A stretch of DNA of 64,000 bases, from the NCBI GenBank assembly GCA_002269645.1, contig NIVC01002846.1, positions 1 to 64,000 on the forward strand, read 5' to 3'. The DNA is from Macrostomum lignano (Eukaryota). The position numbers were made by a program, and so were the translations under genes. Below are positions 61,420-64,000 of this stretch, piece after piece (the first letter of the stretch is position 1; every line of letters begins with the position of its first letter). The notes beneath the pieces are model-generated. The model worked only from the letters and a program-made list of their open reading frames with translations. It did not search any database and had not been told where the DNA came from.

Positions 61420-62866
61420 TCACAGCTTGGCCTCCCGGCCGCGCACGTGGCGAGCCCGCAGCCGCCAGACGTCCTCGTAGGACAGCTTGGCGTCGGGGCC
61501 AAGACGCTGGCGGACGATTTCGTCAACCTCATCGGCGATCTTCTGCTGATGGGTGCCAGTGACGTCGATGTATTCCACGTGCGCGGAGGCGTAGTGGCAG
61601 GAGATGGCCTTACGGTAGCCCTCAGTCCGGTTCGCGCCGCTGCCGTGGATCAGCAGGGGGTGGAACAGCACCGTGTCGCCGGCGGACATCTCCAGGTAGG
61701 TCAGGGGCAGGGAGCCCGGGTCCAGGTCCACGATGCCGTGGAAGGCTTTGTTCACCTTGCCCTGTGGATTAGGGATTATCGATGAGAACTAGCCTGATTA
61801 GAGTTTGGATTTGGGGAGGTGAATTAAGATTTGGATTAGTGGTGTCTGTAAATTTTGATTTGGATTAGCCGTGTTTATAAGACCGGGATTTGGATTAGCC
61901 GTGTTTATAAGACTGGGATTTGGATTAGCGGTGTTTTTTAAGAATGGGATTTGGATTAGGAGAACGAGTGTTTAAATGAGAACTTGGAGCATGAAAATTT
62001 AGATTGGAGAAGAACAAAATAATCCCAGAAAAGCTTTTCAGAATCCCCAAACCTCACCCCCCAATTTGGATAATCGTGCGGCAGCAGCCGGCCGTCCAGG
62101 TGCGAACCGGGCACGGCCACCAGGCAGCCGTTGGCCCGCGTGACCGGCTCCAAGGCGGTCCAGGCGCAAACCACCCTGTCCGCCGGGCGGAACGGGAAAT
62201 AGTACAGGTCCTGGTGCAGCGGGTGCCTGCTGCTCAGGGTGCCGCGGTCGGGCGGCTTGCTGATCAGCATTGTGTGCATCGCCGCGACGTCCGGCCCGAT
62301 GATGTCCACGACGTAGTCCAGCACCTGGCGGGAGCGGATATGGATTCTTCAGGAGGCGGATATGGATTCTTCAGGGTGCGGAAACGGATTCTTCAGGGAG
62401 CAGATATGGATTCTTCAGGGAACAGATATGGATTCTTCAGGGAGCAGATATGGGTTCTTCAGGGAGCAGATATGGATTCTTCAGGGGGCAGATATAAATT
62501 CTTCAGGGAGCAGATATGAATTATTCAGGGAGCAGATATGAATTATTCAGGGAGCAGATATGAATTCTTCAGGGAGCAGATATGAATTCTTCAGGGAGCA
62601 GATATGAATTCTTCAGGGAGCAGATATGAATTCTTCAGGGGGGATATGGATTCTTCAGGGAGAGGATTTGAGTTCCCCAGGGGACAGCTAACAATCGCAC
62701 CTGCGGCAGCTGGCAGTAGGCAAAAAGCCGATCGTCATTCTGGAAGTCCTGCAGCTTGTACACCGCCCGCTCACCGCCGCCGCTGTCGTCCAAGGCGCTG
62801 ACGTCGCGCATCACCGTCAGGCCTGGCGGGCGCTGGGCGCCGGCGCAGATTTCCTGGAAACGGGCG
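61420..62866 (-). CDS. PHYH: Phytanoyl-CoA dioxygenase, 3' partial; complement(join(61420..61761,62058..62324,62701..62866)); upstream exons lie beyond the window
   Basis: GLTVMRDV...[19 protein letters not shown]|[26 protein letters not shown]...[25 protein letters not shown]...|...[32 protein letters not shown]. The HxD...H iron triad and the 2-oxoglutarate-binding Arg are present. Phases are consistent. Confidence 0.93.
62335..62665. repeat. 22-bp minisatellite (tcttcagggagcagatatgaat)n filling a PHYH intron
   Basis: About 15 units in intron 62325-62700. Confidence 0.93.
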
Positions 62867-62954
62867 CTGCCGACCGGCGGAAAAAATAAATTGTGAAGAT
62901 TTCATAAAAGCAGCTCAGATAAGAAATAACATGTAGCGTTACAGTCCATAGTAT

Positions 62955-63855
62955 CTGGGGCACCAAGATGAGTATCGGGGGTGCCAAGATGAGTATCAGG
63001 GGCAACAAGATGAGCATTGGGGTGTCAAGATGAGTATCGGGGGGGGGGGCAAGATGAGTATCGGGGGGGCAAGATGAGTATCAGGGGCAACAAAATGAGC
63101 ATTGGGGAGAGGCGCCAAGATGAGCATCGGGGGTGCCAAGATGAGTATCGGGGGAGAGGGGGGGGCAAGATGAGCATCAGGAGGGGGTGACAAGATGAGT
63201 GTGTCGGGGGGGGCAAGATGAGCATCAGGAGGCGCCAAGATGAGTATCAGGAGGGGGGGGGCAAGATGAGCATCGGGAGGCGCCAAGATGAGTATCAGGA
63301 GGGGGGGGCAAGATGAGCATCAGGAGGCGCCAAGATGAGTATCAGGAGGGGGGGCAAGATAAGCATCGGGAGGCGCCAAGATGAGTATCAGGAGGGGGGG
63401 GCAAGATGAGCATCGGGAGGCGCCAAGATGAGTATCAGGAGGGGGGGCAAGATGAGCATCAGGAGGCGCCAAGATGAGTATCAGGAGGGGGGGCAAGATA
63501 AGCATCGGGAGGCGCCAAGATGAGTATCAGGAGGGGGGCAAGATGAGCATCGGGAGGCGCCAAGATGAGTATCGGGGGGGGGCAAGATGAGCATCGGGAG
63601 GCGCCAAGATGAGTATCAGGAGGGGGGGGCAAGATGAGCATCGGGAGGCGCCAAGATGAGTATCAGGAGGGGGGGGGGCAAGATGAGCATCGGGAGGCGC
63701 CAAGATGAGTATCAGGAGGGGGGGGGCAAGATGAGCATCAGGAGGCGCCAAGATGAGTATCAGGAGGGGGGGGGCAAGATGAGCATCGGGGGTGCCGAGA
63801 TGAGTATCTGGGGGGGGCCCAAGATGAGCATCGGGGGGAGGCGCCAAGGTGAGCA
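62955..63855. repeat. Dimeric ~44-47-bp minisatellite (gcaagatgagcatcgggaggcgccaagatgagtatcaggag[g]n) in a PHYH intron
   Basis: Two alternating ~21-24-bp subunits with variable poly-G tracts. Confidence 0.92.
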
Positions 63856-64000
63856 TAAGGGACACCAAACATGTAGTGAAGGTAGCCAAGATAGTTGCTA
63901 GATAAAGAAAAGATTTAACGCAGACGCCAAAATACAAGCTGGTTGTCTGAGCCTTTAAAAAGCTTGCATATTTTTAAAAGTGCAGACAAAACCCAGGGGT

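Noticed and set aside
63856-64000. Possible next PHYH exon at the window end
   Set aside because: No frame resembles the expected PHYH N-terminal segment, so it was treated as intron.

Overview
Eukaryotic (metazoan) genomic DNA with spliced GT-AG genes. The style (GC-rich codons, minisatellite-filled introns) is most consistent with a free-living flatworm such as Macrostomum; this is an inference, not a database match. I reconstructed exon structures by hand, checking intron phase compatibility. Genes in order: naked cuticle (+, 8098-12573), ferroportin (+, 13873-15933), GPATCH4 (+, 18335-25314), a centrin-like EF-hand protein (-, 25813-28025), an intronless divergent POT/SLC15-like transporter (+, 30713-32197), a disrupted AADAC/NCEH1-like esterase (+, ~33111-34853), LASP (-, 37415-45849), two tandem ammonium transporters (-, 48565-52057 with a 2-nt frameshift; -, 54299-57210 intact) and the 3' part of PHYH (-, 61420-62866, running off the window). 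Non-coding DNA is dominated by about 14 unrelated minisatellites, nested MITE/foldback elements, a mariner remnant, a deleted Tc1-like element and a SINE-like relic. Four signals stand out: (1) sharply bounded CpG-depleted domains covering the 5' coding exon and first intron of three genes; (2) a private minisatellite in most larger introns; (3) exon-restricted gene conversion between the Amt paralogs; (4) a tandem array of AGGTCA nuclear-receptor half-sites right behind the PHYH stop codon. Most long ORFs in the supplied track are translations of tandem repeats or antisense shadows of real exons.
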